A stretch of DNA of 64,000 nt from Eledone cirrhosa (lineage: Eukaryota), in contig OZ024741.1 in NCBI GenBank assembly GCA_964016885.1, positions 414,284,001 through 414,348,000 of the forward strand. Direction: 5' to 3'. The notes under the pieces were generated by a model. The model ran no database searches. It was not told where the DNA came from and saw nothing but the letters and a program-made list of their open reading frames with translations. Below are positions 50,321 to 64,000 of the stretch, in pieces. Within the stretch, counting starts at the first letter, position 1, and each line of letters opens with the position of its first letter. The position numbers were made by a program, and so were the translations under genes.

Positions 50321-53300
50321 GTGTGTGTGTGTGTGACTGGGTGTGTGTGACTGTGTGTCTGTGTGTCTATATCTGTGTGTATGTGTCTGTCTGTGTGTCT
50401 GTGTGTCTATGTCTGTGTGTCTATGTCTGTGTGTCTACGTCTGTGTGTCTACGTCTGTGTGTCTATGTCTGTGTCTGTGTGTCTGTGTCTCTATGTCTGT
50501 GTCTGTGTGTTTATGTCTGTGTGTGTGTGTCTGTCTGTGTGCCTGTGTCTGTGTCTGTGTGTCTATGTCTGTGTGTCTGTCTGTGTGTCTATATCTCTGT
50601 GTGTCTGTCTGTCTGTGGGTCTGTCTGTGTCTGTGTGTCTATGTCTGTGTGTCTCTGTCAGTGTGTCTGTCTGTATCTCTGTCTGTGTCTATGTCTGTGT
50701 GTCTATGTCTGTGTGTCTATGTCTGTGTGTCTATGTCTGTGTCTGTGTGTGCATGTCTGTGTGTGTATGTCTGTGTGTGTATGTCTGTGTCTGTGTGTCT
50801 ATATCTGTGTGTCTCTGTCTGTGTGTCTATATCTGTGTGTCTATGTATGTGTGTCTATGTGTCTATGTCTCTGTCTGTGTGTCTATGTCTGTGTCTGTGT
50901 ATGTCTGTGTGTGTGTGTGTGTATGTCTGTGTCTGTGTGTGTATGTCTGTGTCTGTGTGTGTATGTCTGTGTCTGTGTGTGTGTATGTCTGTGTGTGTGT
51001 ATGTCTGTGTCTGTGTCTGTGTGTGTATGTCTGTGTCTGTGTGTGTATGTCTGTGAGTGTATGTCTGTGTCTGTGTGTCTATGTCTGTGTGACTATGTCT
51101 GTGTCTGTGTGTGTATGTCTGTGAGGGTATGTCTGTGTCTGTGTGACTATGTCTGTGTCTGTCTGTGTGTCTGTCTGTGTGTCTATGTCTGTGTGTCTAT
51201 GTATCTGTGTTTGTATGTCAGTGTGTCTATGTCTGTGTGTCTATGTCTGTGTGTCTATGTCTGTGTTTCTGTCTGTGTCTCTGTCTGTGTGTCTATATCT
51301 GTGTGTCTGTCTGTGTGTCTGTGTCTGTGTGTCTATGTCTGTGCGTCTATGTCTGTGTGTCTGTGTCTGTGTGTCTATGTCTCTGTGTCTGTCTGTGTGT
51401 CTGTCTATGTCTGTGTGTCTATGTCTGTGTCTGTGTCTGTGTGTCTGTGTCTGTGTCTATGTGTGTATGTCTGTGTCTGTGTGTGTATGTCTGTGTGTCT
51501 ATATCTGTGTGTCTGTGTCTGTGTGTGTATGTCTGTGTGTCTCTGTCTGTGTGTCTATGTCTGTGTGTCTACGTCTGTGTGTCTATGTCTGTGTCTGTGT
51601 GTCTGTGTCTCTATGTCTGTGTCTGTGTGTTTATGTCTGTGTGTGTGTGTCTGTCTGTGTGTCTGTCTGTGTGTCTGTCTGTGTGCCTGTGTCTGTGTCT
51701 GTGTGTCTATGTCTGTGTGTCTGTCTGTGTGTCTATATCTGTGTGTGTCTGTCTGTCTGTGGGTCTGTCTGTGTCTGTGTGTCTATGTCTGTGTGTCTCT
51801 GTCAGTGTGTCTGTCTGTATCTCTGTCTGTGTCTATGTCTGTGTGTCTATGTCTGTGTGTCTATGTCTGTGTGTCTGTGTGTCTGTCTGTGTGTCTATGT
51901 CTGTGTGTCTATGTCTGTGTCTGTGTGTGCATGTCTGTGTGTGTATGTCTGTGTGTGTATGTCTGTGTCTGTGTGTCTATATCTGTGTGTCTCTGTCTGT
52001 GTGTCTATATCTGTGTGTCTATGTATGTGTGTCTATGTGTCTATGTCTCTGTCTGTGTGTCTATGTCTGTGTCTGTGTATGTCTGTGTGTGTGTGTGTGT
52101 ATGTCTGTGTCTGTGTGTGTATGTCTGTGTCTGTGTGTGTATGTCTGTGTCTGTGTGTGTGTATGTCTGTGTGTGTGTATGTCTGTGTCTGTGTCTGTGT
52201 GTGTATGTCTGTGTCTGTGTGTGTATGTCTGTGAGTGTATGTCTGTGTCTGTGTGTCTATGTCTGTGTGACTATGTCTGTGTGTGTATGTCTGTGAGGGT
52301 ATGTCTGTGTCTGTGTGACTATGTCTGTGTCTGTCTGTGTGTCTGTCTGTGTGTCTATGTCTGTGTGTCTATGTGTCTGTGTTTGTATGTCAGTGTGTCT
52401 ATGTCTGTGTGTCTATGTCTGTGTGTCTATGTCTGTGTTTCTGTCTGTGTCTCTGTCTGTGTGTCTATATCTGTGTGTCTGTCTGTGTGTCTGTGTCTGT
52501 GTGTCTATGTCTGTGCGTCTATGTCTGTGTGTCTGTGTCTGTGTGTCTATGTCTCTGTGTCTGTCTGTGTGTCTGTCTATGTCTGTGTGTCTATGTCTGT
52601 GTCTGTGTCTGTGTGTCTGTGTCTGTGTCTATGTGTGTATGTCTGTGTCTGTGTGTGTATGTCTGTGTGTCTATATCTGTGTGTCTGTGTCTGTGTGTGT
52701 ATGTCTGTGTGTCTCTGTCTGTGTGTCTATGTCTGTGTGTCTATGTCTGTGTCTGTGTGTGTATGTCTGTGTCTGTGTGTGTATGTCTGTGTGTCTGTGT
52801 CTGTGTGTCTGTGTCTGTGTGTCTATGTTTGTGTGTCTATGTCTGTGTCTGTGTGTGTATGTCTGTGTCTGTGTGTGGATGTCTGTGTCTGTGTGTGTAT
52901 CTCCCTGTCTGTGTGTCTGTGTCTGTGTGTCTGTGTCTGTGTGTCTATATCTATGTGTCTATGTCTGTGTCTGTGTGTGTATGTCTGTGTGTCTATGTCT
53001 GTGTGTCTATGTCTGTGTCTGTGTGTGTATGTCTGTGTGTCTGTGTCTGGGTGTCTATGTCTGTGTGTCTATGTCTGTGTCTGTGTGTGTATGTCTGTGT
53101 CTGTGTGTGTATGTCTGTGTGTCTCTGTCTGTGTGTGTATGTCTGTGTGTCTATGTCTGTGTCTGTGTGTCTCTGTCTGTGTGTCTATGTCTGTGTGTCT
53201 ATGTCTGTGCGTCTATGTCTGTGTGTCTATGTCTGTGTGTCTATCTCTGTGTGTCTCTGTCTGTGTCTATGTCTGTGTGTCTAAGTCTGTGTGTCTATGT

Positions 53301-54053
53301 CTGTGTCTCTGTCTGTGTGTCGATATCTGTGTGTCTATGTCTGTGTGTCTGTCTGTGTCTCTGTCTGTGTGTCTATGTCTGTGTGTATCTGTCTGTGTGT
53401 CTGTGTCTATGTGTCTATATCTGTGTGTGTCTGTCTGTCTGTGGGTCTGTCTGTGTGTCTGTCTGTGTCTCTGTCTGTGTGTCTGTGTCTGTGTGTCTAT
53501 GTCTGTGCGTCTCTGTCTGTGTGTCTCTGTCTGTGTGTCTCTGTCTGTGTGTCTATGTCTGTGTGTCTATATCTGTGTGTCTATGTCTGTGTGTCTCTGT
53601 CTGTGTGTCTCTGTCTGTGTGTCTCTGTCTGTGTGTCTCTGTCTGTGCGTCTCTGTCTGTGTGTCTCTGTCTGTGTGTCTCTGTCTGTGTGTCTATGTCT
53701 GTGTGTCTATATCTGTGTGTCTATGTCTGTGTGTCTCTGTCTGTGTGTCTCTGTCTGTGTGTCTCTGTCTGTGTGTCTCTGTCTGTGTGACTCTGTCTGT
53801 GTGTCTCTGTCTGTGTGTCTATGTCTGTGTGTCTATGTCTGTGTGTCTATGTCTGTGTGTCTCTGTCTGTGTGTCTGTGTCTATGTGTCTATATCTGTGT
53901 GTGTCTGTCTGTCTGTGGGTCTGTCTGTGTGTTTATGTCTGTGTGTCTGTGTCTGTGTGTCTGTGTGTCTATGTCTGTGTGTCTATGGCTGTGTGTCTAT
54001 GTCTGTGTGTCTGTCTGTATGTCTATGTCTGTGTGTCTATGTCTGTGTGTCTA

Positions 54054-54084
<31 letters not shown>

Positions 54085-57000
54085 GTGTCTGTGTGTCTGT
54101 CTGTGTGTCTATGTCTGTGTGTCTATGTCTGTGTCTGTGTGTGTATGTCTGTGTGTGTATGTCTGTGTCTGTGTGTGTATGTCTGTGTGTCTATATCTGT
54201 GTGTCTCTGTCTGTGTGTCTATATCTGTGTGTCTATGTATGTGTGTCTATGTGTCTATGTCTCTGTCTGTGTGTCTATGTCTGTGTCTGTGTATGTCTGT
54301 GTGTGTGTGTGTGTATGTCTGTGTCTGTGTGTGTATGTCTGTGTCTGTGTGTGTATGTCTGTGTCTGTGTGTGTGTATGTCTGTGTGTGTGTATGTCTGT
54401 GTCTGTGTCTGTGTGTGTATGTCTGTGTCTGTGTGTGTATGTCTGTGAGTGTATGTCTGTGTCTGTGTGTCTATGTCTGTGTGACTATGTCTGTGTCTGT
54501 GTGTGTATGTCTGTGAGGGTATGTCTGTGTCTGTGTGACTATGTCTGTGTCTGTCTGTGTGTCTGTCTGTGTGTCTATGTCTGTGTGTCTATGTGTCTGT
54601 GTTTGTATGTCAGTGTGTCTATGTCTGTGTGTCTATGTCTGTGTGTCTATGTCTGTGTTTCTGTCTGTGTCTCTGTCTGTGTGTCTATATCTGTGTGTCT
54701 GTCTGTGTGTCTGTGTCTGTGTGTCTATGTCTGTGCGTCTATGTCTGTGTGTCTGTGTCTGTGTGTCTATGTCTCTGTGTCTGTCTGTGTGTCTGTCTAT
54801 GTCTGTGTGTCTATGTCTGTGTCTGTGTCTGTGTGTCTGTGTCTGTGTCTATGTGTGTATGTCTGTGTCTGTGTGTGTATGTCTGTGTGTCTATATCTGT
54901 GTGTCTGTGTCTGTGTGTGTATGTCTGTGTGTCTCTGTCTGTGTGTCTATGTCTGTGTGTCTACGTCTGTGTGTCTATGTCTGTGTCTGTGTGTCTGTGT
55001 CTCTATGTCTGTGTCTGTGTGTTTATGTCTGTGTGTGTGTGTCTGTCTGTGTGTCTGTCTGTGTGTCTGTCTGTGTGCCTGTGTCTGTGTCTGTGTGTCT
55101 ATGTCTGTGTGTCTGTCTGTGTGTCTATATCTGTGTGTGTCTGTCTGTCTGTGGGTCTGTCTGTGTCTGTGTGTCTATGTCTGTGTGTCTCTGTCAGTGT
55201 GTCTGTCTGTATCTCTGTCTGTGTCTATGTCTGTGTGTCTATGTCTGTGTGTCTATGTCTGTGTGTCTGTCTGTGTGTCTATGTCTGTGTGTCTATGTCT
55301 GTGTCTGTGTGTGCATGTCTGTGTGTGTATGTCTGTGTGTGTATGTCTGTGTCTGTGTGTCTATATCTGTGTGTCTCTGTCTGTGTGTCTATATCTGTGT
55401 GTCTATGTATGTGTGTCTATGTGTCTATGTCTCTGTCTGTGTGTCTATGTCTGTGTCTGTGTATGTCTGTGTGTGTGGGTGTGTATGTCTGTGTCTGTGT
55501 GTGTATGTCTGTGTCTGTGTGTGTATGTCTGTGTCTGTGTGTGTGTATGTCTGTGTGTGTGTATGTCTGTGTCTGTGTCTGTGTGTGTATGTCTGTGTCT
55601 GTGTGTGTATGTCTGTGAGTGTATGTCTGTGTCTGTGTGTCTATGTCTGTGTGACTATGTCTGTGTCTGTGTGTGTATGTCTGTGAGGGTATGTCTGTGT
55701 CTGTGTGACTATGTCTGTGTCTGTCTGTGTGTCTGTCTGTGTGTCTATGTCTGTGTGTCTATGTGTCTGTGTTTGTATGTCAGTGTGTCTATGTCTGTGT
55801 GTCTATGTCTGTGTGTCTATGTCTGTGTTTCTGTCTGTGTCTCTGTCTGTGTGTCTATATCTGTGTGTCTGTCTGTGTGTCTGTGTCTGTGTGTCTATGT
55901 CTGTGCGTCTATGTCTGTGTGTCTGTGTCTGTGTGTCTATGTCTCTGTGTCTGTCTGTGTGTCTGTCTATGTCTGTGTGTCTATGTCTGTGTCTGTGTCT
56001 GTGTGTCTGTGTCTGTGTCTATGTGTGTATGTCTGTGTCTGTGTGTGTATGTCTGTGTGTCTATATCTGTGTGTCTGTGTCTGTGTGTGTATGTCTGTGT
56101 GTCTCTGTCTGTGTGTCTATGTCTGTGTGTCTATGTCTGTGTCTGTGTGTGTATGTCTGTGTCTGTGTGTGTATGTCTGTGTGTCTGTGTCTGTGTGTCT
56201 GTGTCTGTGTGTCTATGTTTGTGTGTCTATGTCTGTGTCTGTGTGTGTATGTCTGTGTCTGTGTGTGGATGTCTGTGTCTGTGTGTGTATCTCTCTGTCT
56301 GTGTGTCTGTGTCTGTGTGTCTGTGTCTGTGTGTCTATATCTATGTGTCTATGTCTGTGTCTGTGTGTGTATGTCTGTGTGTCTATGTCTGTGTGTCTAT
56401 GTCTGTGTCTGTGTGTGTATGTCTGTGTGTCTGTGTCTGGGTGTCTATGTCTGTGTGTCTATGTCTGTGTGTCTATGTCTGTGTGTCTATGTCTGTGTCT
56501 GTGTGTGTATGTCTGTGTCTGTGTGTGTATGTCTGTGTGTGTATGTCTGTGTGTCTATGTCTGTGTCTGTGTGTCTCTGTCTGTGTGTCTATGTCTGTGT
56601 GTCTATGTCTGTGCGTCTATGTCTGTGTGTCTATGTCTGTGTGTCTATGTCTGTGTGTCTATCTCTGTGTGTCTCTGTCTGTGTCTATGTCTGTGTGTCT
56701 ATGTCTGTGTCTCTGTCTGTGTGTCGATATCTGTGTGTCTATGTCTGTGTGTCTGTCTGTGTCTCTGTCTGTGTGTCTATGTCTGTGTGTATCTGTCTGT
56801 GTGTCTGTGTCTATGTGTCTATATCTGTGTGTGTCTGTCTGTCTGTGGGTCTGTCTGTGTGTTTATGTCTGTGTGTCTGTGTCTGTGTGTCTGTGTGTCT
56901 ATGGCTGTGTGTCTATGTCTGTGTGTCTGTCTGTATGTCTATGTCTGTGTGTCTATGTCTGTGTGTCTATGTCTGTCTGTCTGTCTGTCTGTGTGTCTAT

Positions 57001-60000
57001 GTCTGTTTGTCTATGTCTGTGTGTCTATTTCTATGTGTCTATGTCTGTGTGTCTATGTCTGTTTGTCTCTGTCTGTGTGTCTATGTCTGTGTGTCTATGT
57101 CTGTGTGTCTATGTCTGTGTGTCTGTCTATCTATGTCTGTGTGTCTGTCTGTGTGTCTATGTCTGTGTGTCTATGTCTGTGTGTCTCTGTCTGTGTGTCT
57201 ATGCCTGTGTGTCTATGCCTGTGTGTCTATGCCTGTGTGTCTATGTCTGTGTGTCTCTGACTGTGTGACTCTGTCTGTGTGTCTATGTCTGTGTGTCTAT
57301 GTCTGTGTGTCTGTCTGTGTGTCTATGTCTGTGTGTCTGTCTGTGTGTCTGTCTGTGTGTCTCTGTCTGTGTGTCTATGTCTGTGTGTCTATGTCTGTGT
57401 GTCTATATCTGTTTGTCTATGTCTGTGTGTCTATGTCTACGTGTCTATGTCTGTGTGTCTGTGTCTGTGTGTCTGTCTGTGTCTCTGTGTCTATGTCTGT
57501 GTGACTGTCTGTGTGTCTATGTCTGTGTGTCTATGTCTGTGTGTCTGTCTGTGTGTCTGTCTGTGTCTCTGTCTGTGTGTCTGTGTCTGTGTGTCTATGT
57601 CTGTGCGTCTCTGTCTGTGTGTCTCTGTCTGTGTGTCTCTGTCTGTGTGTCTATGTCTGTGTGTCTATATCTGTGTGTCTATGTCTGTGTGTCTCTGTCT
57701 GTGTGTCTCTGTCTGTGTGTCTCTGTCTGTGTGTCTCTGTCTGTGCGTCTCTGTCTGTGTGTCTCTGTCTGTGTGTCTCTGTCTGTGTGTCTATGTCTGT
57801 GTGTCTATATCTGTGTGTCTATGTCTGTGTGTCTCTGTCTGTGTGTCTCTGTCTGTGTGTCTCTGTCTGTGTGTCTCTGTCTGTGTGACTCTGTCTGTGT
57901 GTCTCTGTCTGTGTGTCTATGTCTGTGTGTCTATGTCTGTGTGTCTATGTCTGTGTGTCTCTGTCTGTGTGTCTCTGTCTGTGTGACTCTGTCTGTGTGA
58001 CTGTCTGTGTGACTGTCTGTGTGTCTCTGTCTGTGTGTCTATGTCTGTGTGTCTATGTCTGTGTGTCTCTGTCTGTGTGTCTATGTCTGTGTGTCTATGT
58101 CTGTGTGTCTATGTCTGTTTGTCTATGTCTATGTGTCTATATCTGTGTGTCTATGTCTGTGTGACTGTCTGTGTGTCTATGTCTGTCTATGTCTGTGTGA
58201 CTCTGTCTGTGTGTCTGTCTGTGTCTCTGTCTGTGTGACTCTGTCTGTGTGTCTATGTCTGTGTGTCTCTGTCTGTGTGACTGTCTGTGTGTCTATGTCT
58301 GTGTGTCTATGTCTGTGTGACTCTGTCTGTGTGACTCTGTCTGTGTGTCTGTCTGTGTGTCTCTCTGTGTCTATGTCTGTGTGTCTGTGTGTCTGTCTGT
58401 GTGTCTATGTCTGTGTGTCTATGTCTGTGTCTGTGTGTGTATGTCTGTGTGTGTATGTCTGTGTGTGTATGTCTGTGTCTGTGTGTGTATGTCTGTGTGT
58501 CTATATCTGTGTGTCTCTGTCTGTGTGTCTATATCTGTGTGTCTATGTATGTGTGTCTATGTGTCTATGTCTCTGTCTGTGTGTCTATGTCTGTGTCTGT
58601 GTATGTCTGTGTGTGTGTGTGTGTATGTCTGTGTCTGTGTGTGTATGTCTGTGTCTGTGTGTGTATGTCTGTGTCTGTGTGTGTGTATGTCTGTGTGTGT
58701 GTATGTCTGTGTCTGTGTCTGTGTGTGTATGTCTGTGTCTGTGTGTGTATGTCTGTGAGTGTATGTCTGTGTCTGTGTGTCTATGTCTGTGTGACTATGT
58801 CTGTGTCTGTGTGTGTATGTCTGTGTGTGTATGTCTGTGAGGGTATGTCTGTGTCTGTGTGTCTATGTCTGTGTCTGTCTGTGTGTCTGTCTGTGTGTCT
58901 ATGTCTGTGTGTCTATGTGTCTGTGTTTGTATGTCAGTGTGTCTATGTCTGTGTGTCTATGTCTGTGTGTCTATGTCTGTGTTTCTGTCTGTGTCTCTGT
59001 CTGTGTGTCTATATCTGTGTGTCTGTCTGTGTGTCTGTGTCTGTGTGTCTATGTCTGTGTGTCTGTCTGTGTGTCTGTGTCTGTGTGTCTGTGTCTGTGT
59101 GTCTATGTCTGTGTGTCTGTGTCTGTGTGTCTGTGTCTGTGTGTCTATGTCTGTGTATCTATATCTGTGTGTCTATGTCTCTGTGTCTGTCTGTGTGTCT
59201 GTCTATGTCTGTGTGTCTATGTCTGTGTCTGTGTCTGTGTGTCTGTGTCTGTGTCTATGTGTGTATGTCTGTGTCTGTGTGTGTATGTCTGTGTGTCTAT
59301 ATCTGTGTGTCTGTGTCTGTGTGTGTATGTCTGTGTGTCTCTGTCTGTGTGTCTATGTCTGTGTCTGTGTGTCTATGTCTGTGTCTGTGTGTGTATGTCT
59401 GTGTCTGTGTGTGTATGTCTGTGTGTCTGTGTCTGTGTGTCTGTGTCTGTGTGTCTATGTTTGTGTGTCTATGTCTGTGTCTGTGTGTGTATGTCTGTGT
59501 CTGTGTGTGGATGTCTGTGTCTGTGTGTGTATCTCTCTGTCTGTGTGTCTGTGTCTGTGTGTCTGTGTCTGTGTGTCTATATCTATGTGTCTATGTCTGT
59601 GTCTGTGTGTGTATGTCTGTGTGTCTATGTCTGTGTGTCTATGTCTGTGTCTGTGTGTGTATGTCTGTGTGTCTGTGTTTGTGTGTCTATGTCTGTGTCT
59701 GTGTGTCTATGTCTGTGTCTGTGTGTGAATGTCTGTGTCTGTGTGTGTATGTCTGTGTCTGTGTGTGTATGTCTGTGTGTCTCTGTCTGTGTGTGTATGT
59801 CTGTGTGTCTATGTCTGTGTCTGTGTGTCTATGTCTGTGTGTCTCTGTCTGTGTGTCTATGTCTGTGTGTCTATGTCTGTGCGTCTATGTCTGTGCGTCT
59901 ATGTCTGTGTGTCTATCTCTGTGTGTCTCTGTCTGTGTCTATGTCTGTGTGTCTAAGTCTGTGTGTCTATGTCTGTGTCTCTGTCTGTGTGTCTATGTCT

Positions 60001-63000
60001 GTGTGTCTGTCTGTGTCTCTGTCTGTGTGTCTCTGTCTGTGTGTCTATGTCTGTGTGTCTATGTCTGTGTGTATCTGTCTGTGTCTATGTGTCTATGTCT
60101 GTGTGTCTATGTCTGTGTGTCTATATCTGTGTGTGTCTGTCTGTCTGTGGGTCTGTCTGTGTGTTTATGTCTATGTGTCTGTGTCTGTGTGTCTGTGTGA
60201 CTGTCTGTGTGTCTATGTCTGTGTGTCTATGTCTGTGTGTCTATGTCTGTGTGTCTCTCTGTATGTCTATGTCTGTGTGTCTATGTCTGTCTGTCTGTCT
60301 GTGTGTCTATGTCTGTTTGTCTATGTCTGTGTGTCTATTTCTATGTGTCTATGTCTGTGTGTCTATGTCTGTTTGTCTCTGTCTGTGTGTCTATGTCTGT
60401 GTGTCTATGTCTGTCTGTCTGTCTGTGTGTCTATGTCTGTTTGTCTATGTCTGTGTGTCTATTTCTATGTGTCTATGTCTGTGTGTCTATGTCTGTGTGT
60501 CTCTCTGTATGTCTATGTCTGTGTGTCTATGTCTGTCTGTCTGTCTGTGTGTCTATGTCTGTTTGTCTATGTCTGTGTGTCTATTTCTATGTGTCTATGT
60601 CTGTGTGTCTATGTCTGTGTGTCTATATCTGTGTGTCTATGTCTGTGTGTCTCTGTCTGTGTGTCTCTGTCTGTGTGTCTCTGTCTGTGTGTCTCTGTCT
60701 GTGCATCTCTGTCTGTGTGTCTCTGTCTGTGTGTCTCTGTCTGTGTGTCTATGTCTGTGTGTCTATATCTGTGTGTCTATGTCTGTGTGTCTCTGTCTGT
60801 GTGTCTCTGTCTGTGTGTCTCTGTCTGTGTGTCTCTGTCTGTGTGACTCTGTCTGTGTGTCTCTGTCTGTGTGTCTATGTCTGTGTGTCTATGTCTGTGT
60901 GTCTATGTCTGTGTGTCTCTGTCTGTGTGTCTCTGTCTGTGTGACTCTGTCTGTGTGACTGTCTGTGTGTCTCTGTCTGTGTGTCTATGTCTGTGTGTCT
61001 ATGTCTGTGTGTCTCTGTCTGTGTGTCTATGTCTGTGTGTCTATGTCTGTGTGTCTATGTCTGTTTGTCTATGTCTATGTGTCTATGTCTGTGTGTCTGT
61101 GTCTGTGTGTCTGTCTGTGTCTCTGTGTCTATATCTGTGTGTCTATGTCTGTGTGACTGTCTGTGTGTCTATGTCTGTCTATGTCTGTGTCTCTATGTCT
61201 GTGTGACTCTGTCTGTGTGTCTGTCTGTGTCTCTGTCTGTGTGACTCTGTCTGTGTGTCTATGTCTGTGTGTCTCTGTCTGTGTGTCTCTGTCTGTGTGT
61301 CTATGTCTGTGTGTCTCTGTCTGTGTGTCTCTGTCTGTGTGTCTCTGTCTGTGTGTCTCTGTCTGTGCATCTCTGTCTGTGTGTCTCTGTCTGTGTGTCT
61401 CTGTCTGTGTGTCTATGTCTGTGTGTCTATATCTGTGTGTCTATGTCTGTGTGTCTCTGTCTGTGTGTCTCTGTCTGTGTGTCTCTGTCTGTGTGTCTCT
61501 GTCTGTGTGACTCTGTCTGTGTGTCTCTGTCTGTTTGTCTATGTCTATGTGTCTATGTCTGTGTGTCTGTGTCTGTGTGTCTGTCTGTGTCTCTGTGTCT
61601 ATATCTGTGTGTCTATGTCTGTGTGACTGTCTGTGTGTCTATGTCTGTCTATGTCTGTGTCTCTATGTCTGTGTGACTCTGTCTGTGTGTCTGTCTGTGT
61701 CTCTGTCTGTGTGACTCTGTCTGTGTGTCTCTGTCTGTGTGTCTATGTCTGTGTGACTGTCTGTGTGTCTATGTCTGTGTGTCTATGTCTGTGTGACTCT
61801 GTCTGTGTGACTCTGTCTGTGTGTCTGTCTGTGTGTCTGTCTGTGTGTCTCTCTGTGTCTCTGTCTGTGTGACTCTGTCTGTGTGACTGTCTGTGTGTCT
61901 CTGTCTGTGTGTCTATGTCTGTGTGTCTATGTCTGTGTGTCTATGTCTGTGTGTCTATGTCTGTGTGTCTCTGTCTGTGTGACTCTGTCTGTGTGACTGT
62001 CTGTGTGACTCTGTCTGTGTGTCTCTGTCTGTGTGTCTATGTCTGTGTGTCTATATCTGTGTCTGTGTGTCTATGTCTGTGTGTCTATGTCTGAGTGTCT
62101 GTCTCTGTGTCTATCTGTGTGTCACTGTCTATGTGTCTCTGTCTGTGTGTCTATGTCTGTGTGACTGTCTGTGTGTCTATGTCTGTGTGTCTATGTCTGT
62201 GTGACTCTGTCTGTGTGTCTTCTGTGTGTCTGTCTGTGTCTCTGTCTGTGTGACTGTCTGTGTGACTGTCTGTGTGTCTCTGTCTGTGTGTCTATGTCTG
62301 TGTGTCTATGTCTGTGTGACTCTGTCTGTGTGACTGTCTGTGTGACTCTGTCTGTGTGACTGTCTGTGTGACTCTGTCTGTGTGTCTCTGTCTGTGTCTC
62401 TATGTCTGTGTGTCTATATCTGTGTCTGTGTGTCTATGTCTGTGTCTGTGTTTCTATGTCTGTGTGTCTGTCTCTGTGTCTATCTGAGTGTCACTGTCTG
62501 TGTGTCTCTGTCTGTGTGTCTATGTCTGTGTGTCTATGTCTGTGTCTATCTGTGTGTCACTGTCTGTGTGTCTCTGTCTGTGTGTCTATGTCTGTGTGTC
62601 TATGTCTGTGTGTCTCTGTCTGTGTGTCTCTGTCTGTGTGTCTCTGTCTGTGAGTCTATGTCTGTGTGTCTATGTCTGTGTCTATGTCTGTGTGTCTATG
62701 TCTGTGTGTCTCTGTCTGTGTGTCTGTCTGTGTGTCTCTGTCTGTGTGTCTGTCTGTGTGCCTGTGTCTGTGTGTCTGTGTGTCTGTGTGTCTATGTCTT
62801 GTGTCTGTCTGTGTGTCTATGTCTGTGTGCCTATGTCTGTGTGTCTGTCTGTGTGCCTGTGTCTGTGTGTCTGTGTGTCTGTGTGTCTATGTCTTGTGTC
62901 TGTCTGTGTGTCTATGTCTGTGTGTCTCTGTGTCTATGTCTGTGTCTGTGTGTCTATGTCTGTGTGTCTCTGTGTCTATGTCTGTGTCTATGTCTATGTG

Positions 63001-64000
63001 TCTATGTCTGTGTGTCTGTGTCTGTGTCTCTGTGTCTATGTCTGTGTGACTGTCTGTGTGTCTATGTCTGTGTCTCTCTGTCTGTGTGACTCTGTCTGTG
63101 TGTCTATGTCTGTGTGTCTATGTCTGTGTGTCTATGTCTGTGTGTCTGTCTGTGTGTCTGTCTGTGTGTCTGTCTGTGTGTCTGTCTGTGTGTCTGTCTG
63201 TGTGTCTGTCTGTGTCTCTGTCTGTGTGACTCTGTCTGTGTGTCTCTGTCTGTGTGTCTCTGTCTGTGTGTCTATGTCTGTGTGCTTATGTCTGTGTGTC
63301 TATGTCTGTGTGTCTCTGTCTGTGTGACTCTGTCTATGTGACTCTGTCTGTGTGTCTCTGTCTGTGTGTCTATGTCTGTGTCTCTATGTCTGTGTCTGTG
63401 TGTCTATGTCTGTGTGTCTATGTCTGTGTGTCTGTCTCTGTGTCTATCTGTGTGTCACTGTCTCTGTGTCTCTGTCTGTGTGTCTATGTCTGTGTGTCTA
63501 TGTCTGTGTGTCTATGTCTGTGTGTCTGTCTCTGTGTCTATCTGTGTGTCACTGTCTGTGTGTCTCTGTCTGTGTGTCTATGTCTGTGTGTCTCTGTCTG
63601 TGTCTCTATGTCTGTGTGTCTATATCTGTGTCTGTGTGTCTATGTCTGTGTCTCTATGTCTGTGTCTGTGTTTCTATGTCTGTGTGTCTGTCTCTGTGTC
63701 TATCTGAGTGTCACTGTCTGTGTGTCTCTGTCTGTGTGTCTATGTCTGTGTGTCTATGTCTGTGTCTATCTGTGTGTCACTGTCTGTGTGTCTCTGTCTG
63801 TGTGTCTATGTCTGTGTGTCTCTGTCTGTGTGTCTCTGTCTGTGTGTCTCTGTCTGTGAGTCTATGTCTGTGTGTCTATGTCTGTGTCTATGTCTGTGTG
63901 TCTCTGTCTGTGTGTCTGTCTGTGTGTCTGCCCGTGTGTCTATGTCTGTGTGTCTATGTCTGTGTGTCTATGTCTGTGTGTCTGTGTGTCTATGTCTTGT
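50321..64000. repeat. GT-rich complex satellite (GTCT/GTGT/CTAT mosaic, common 14-mer GTCTATGTCTGTGT) with higher-order repeats; runs off the window
   Basis: Direct reading; rare marker words recur at ~1.17-kb and ~3.39-kb spacing. Confidence 0.97.

Noticed and set aside
50311-63859. Very long ORFs (up to 2031 aa) of V/C/L/S/M/Y
   Set aside because: Translations of a GT-rich satellite that seldom forms stop codons; open in all three frames

Overview
Eukaryotic, repeat-saturated genomic DNA; the SINE and RTE families suggest an octopus-like cephalopod, which is an inference from recall. Three short minus-strand exons (43765-43678, 43104-43016, 40846-40723) splice in frame into a peptide matching UNC79, the NALCN channelosome subunit, so almost the whole window is probably unc-79 intron. 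Positions 1-40 kb are a pile-up of retroelements separated by (TA)n tracts. It holds at least four Naiad-type and two other Penelope-like elements (PLEs), one of them full length with 1.45-kb pLTRs. It also holds six RTE LINE copies whose RT carries a PHD-type zinc finger, a CsRn1-like Gypsy element, a decayed piggyBac and two tRNA-derived SINEs. About a dozen minimal type I hammerhead ribozyme folds lie at PLE ends, with two long near-perfect palindromes. Positions 41-64 kb hold minisatellites, a 6-kb 29-bp satellite that appears to be an amplified piggyBac-MITE terminus plus its TTAA target, and a >13-kb GT-rich satellite with higher-order repeats. Most long ORFs in the supplied track are microsatellite artefacts.
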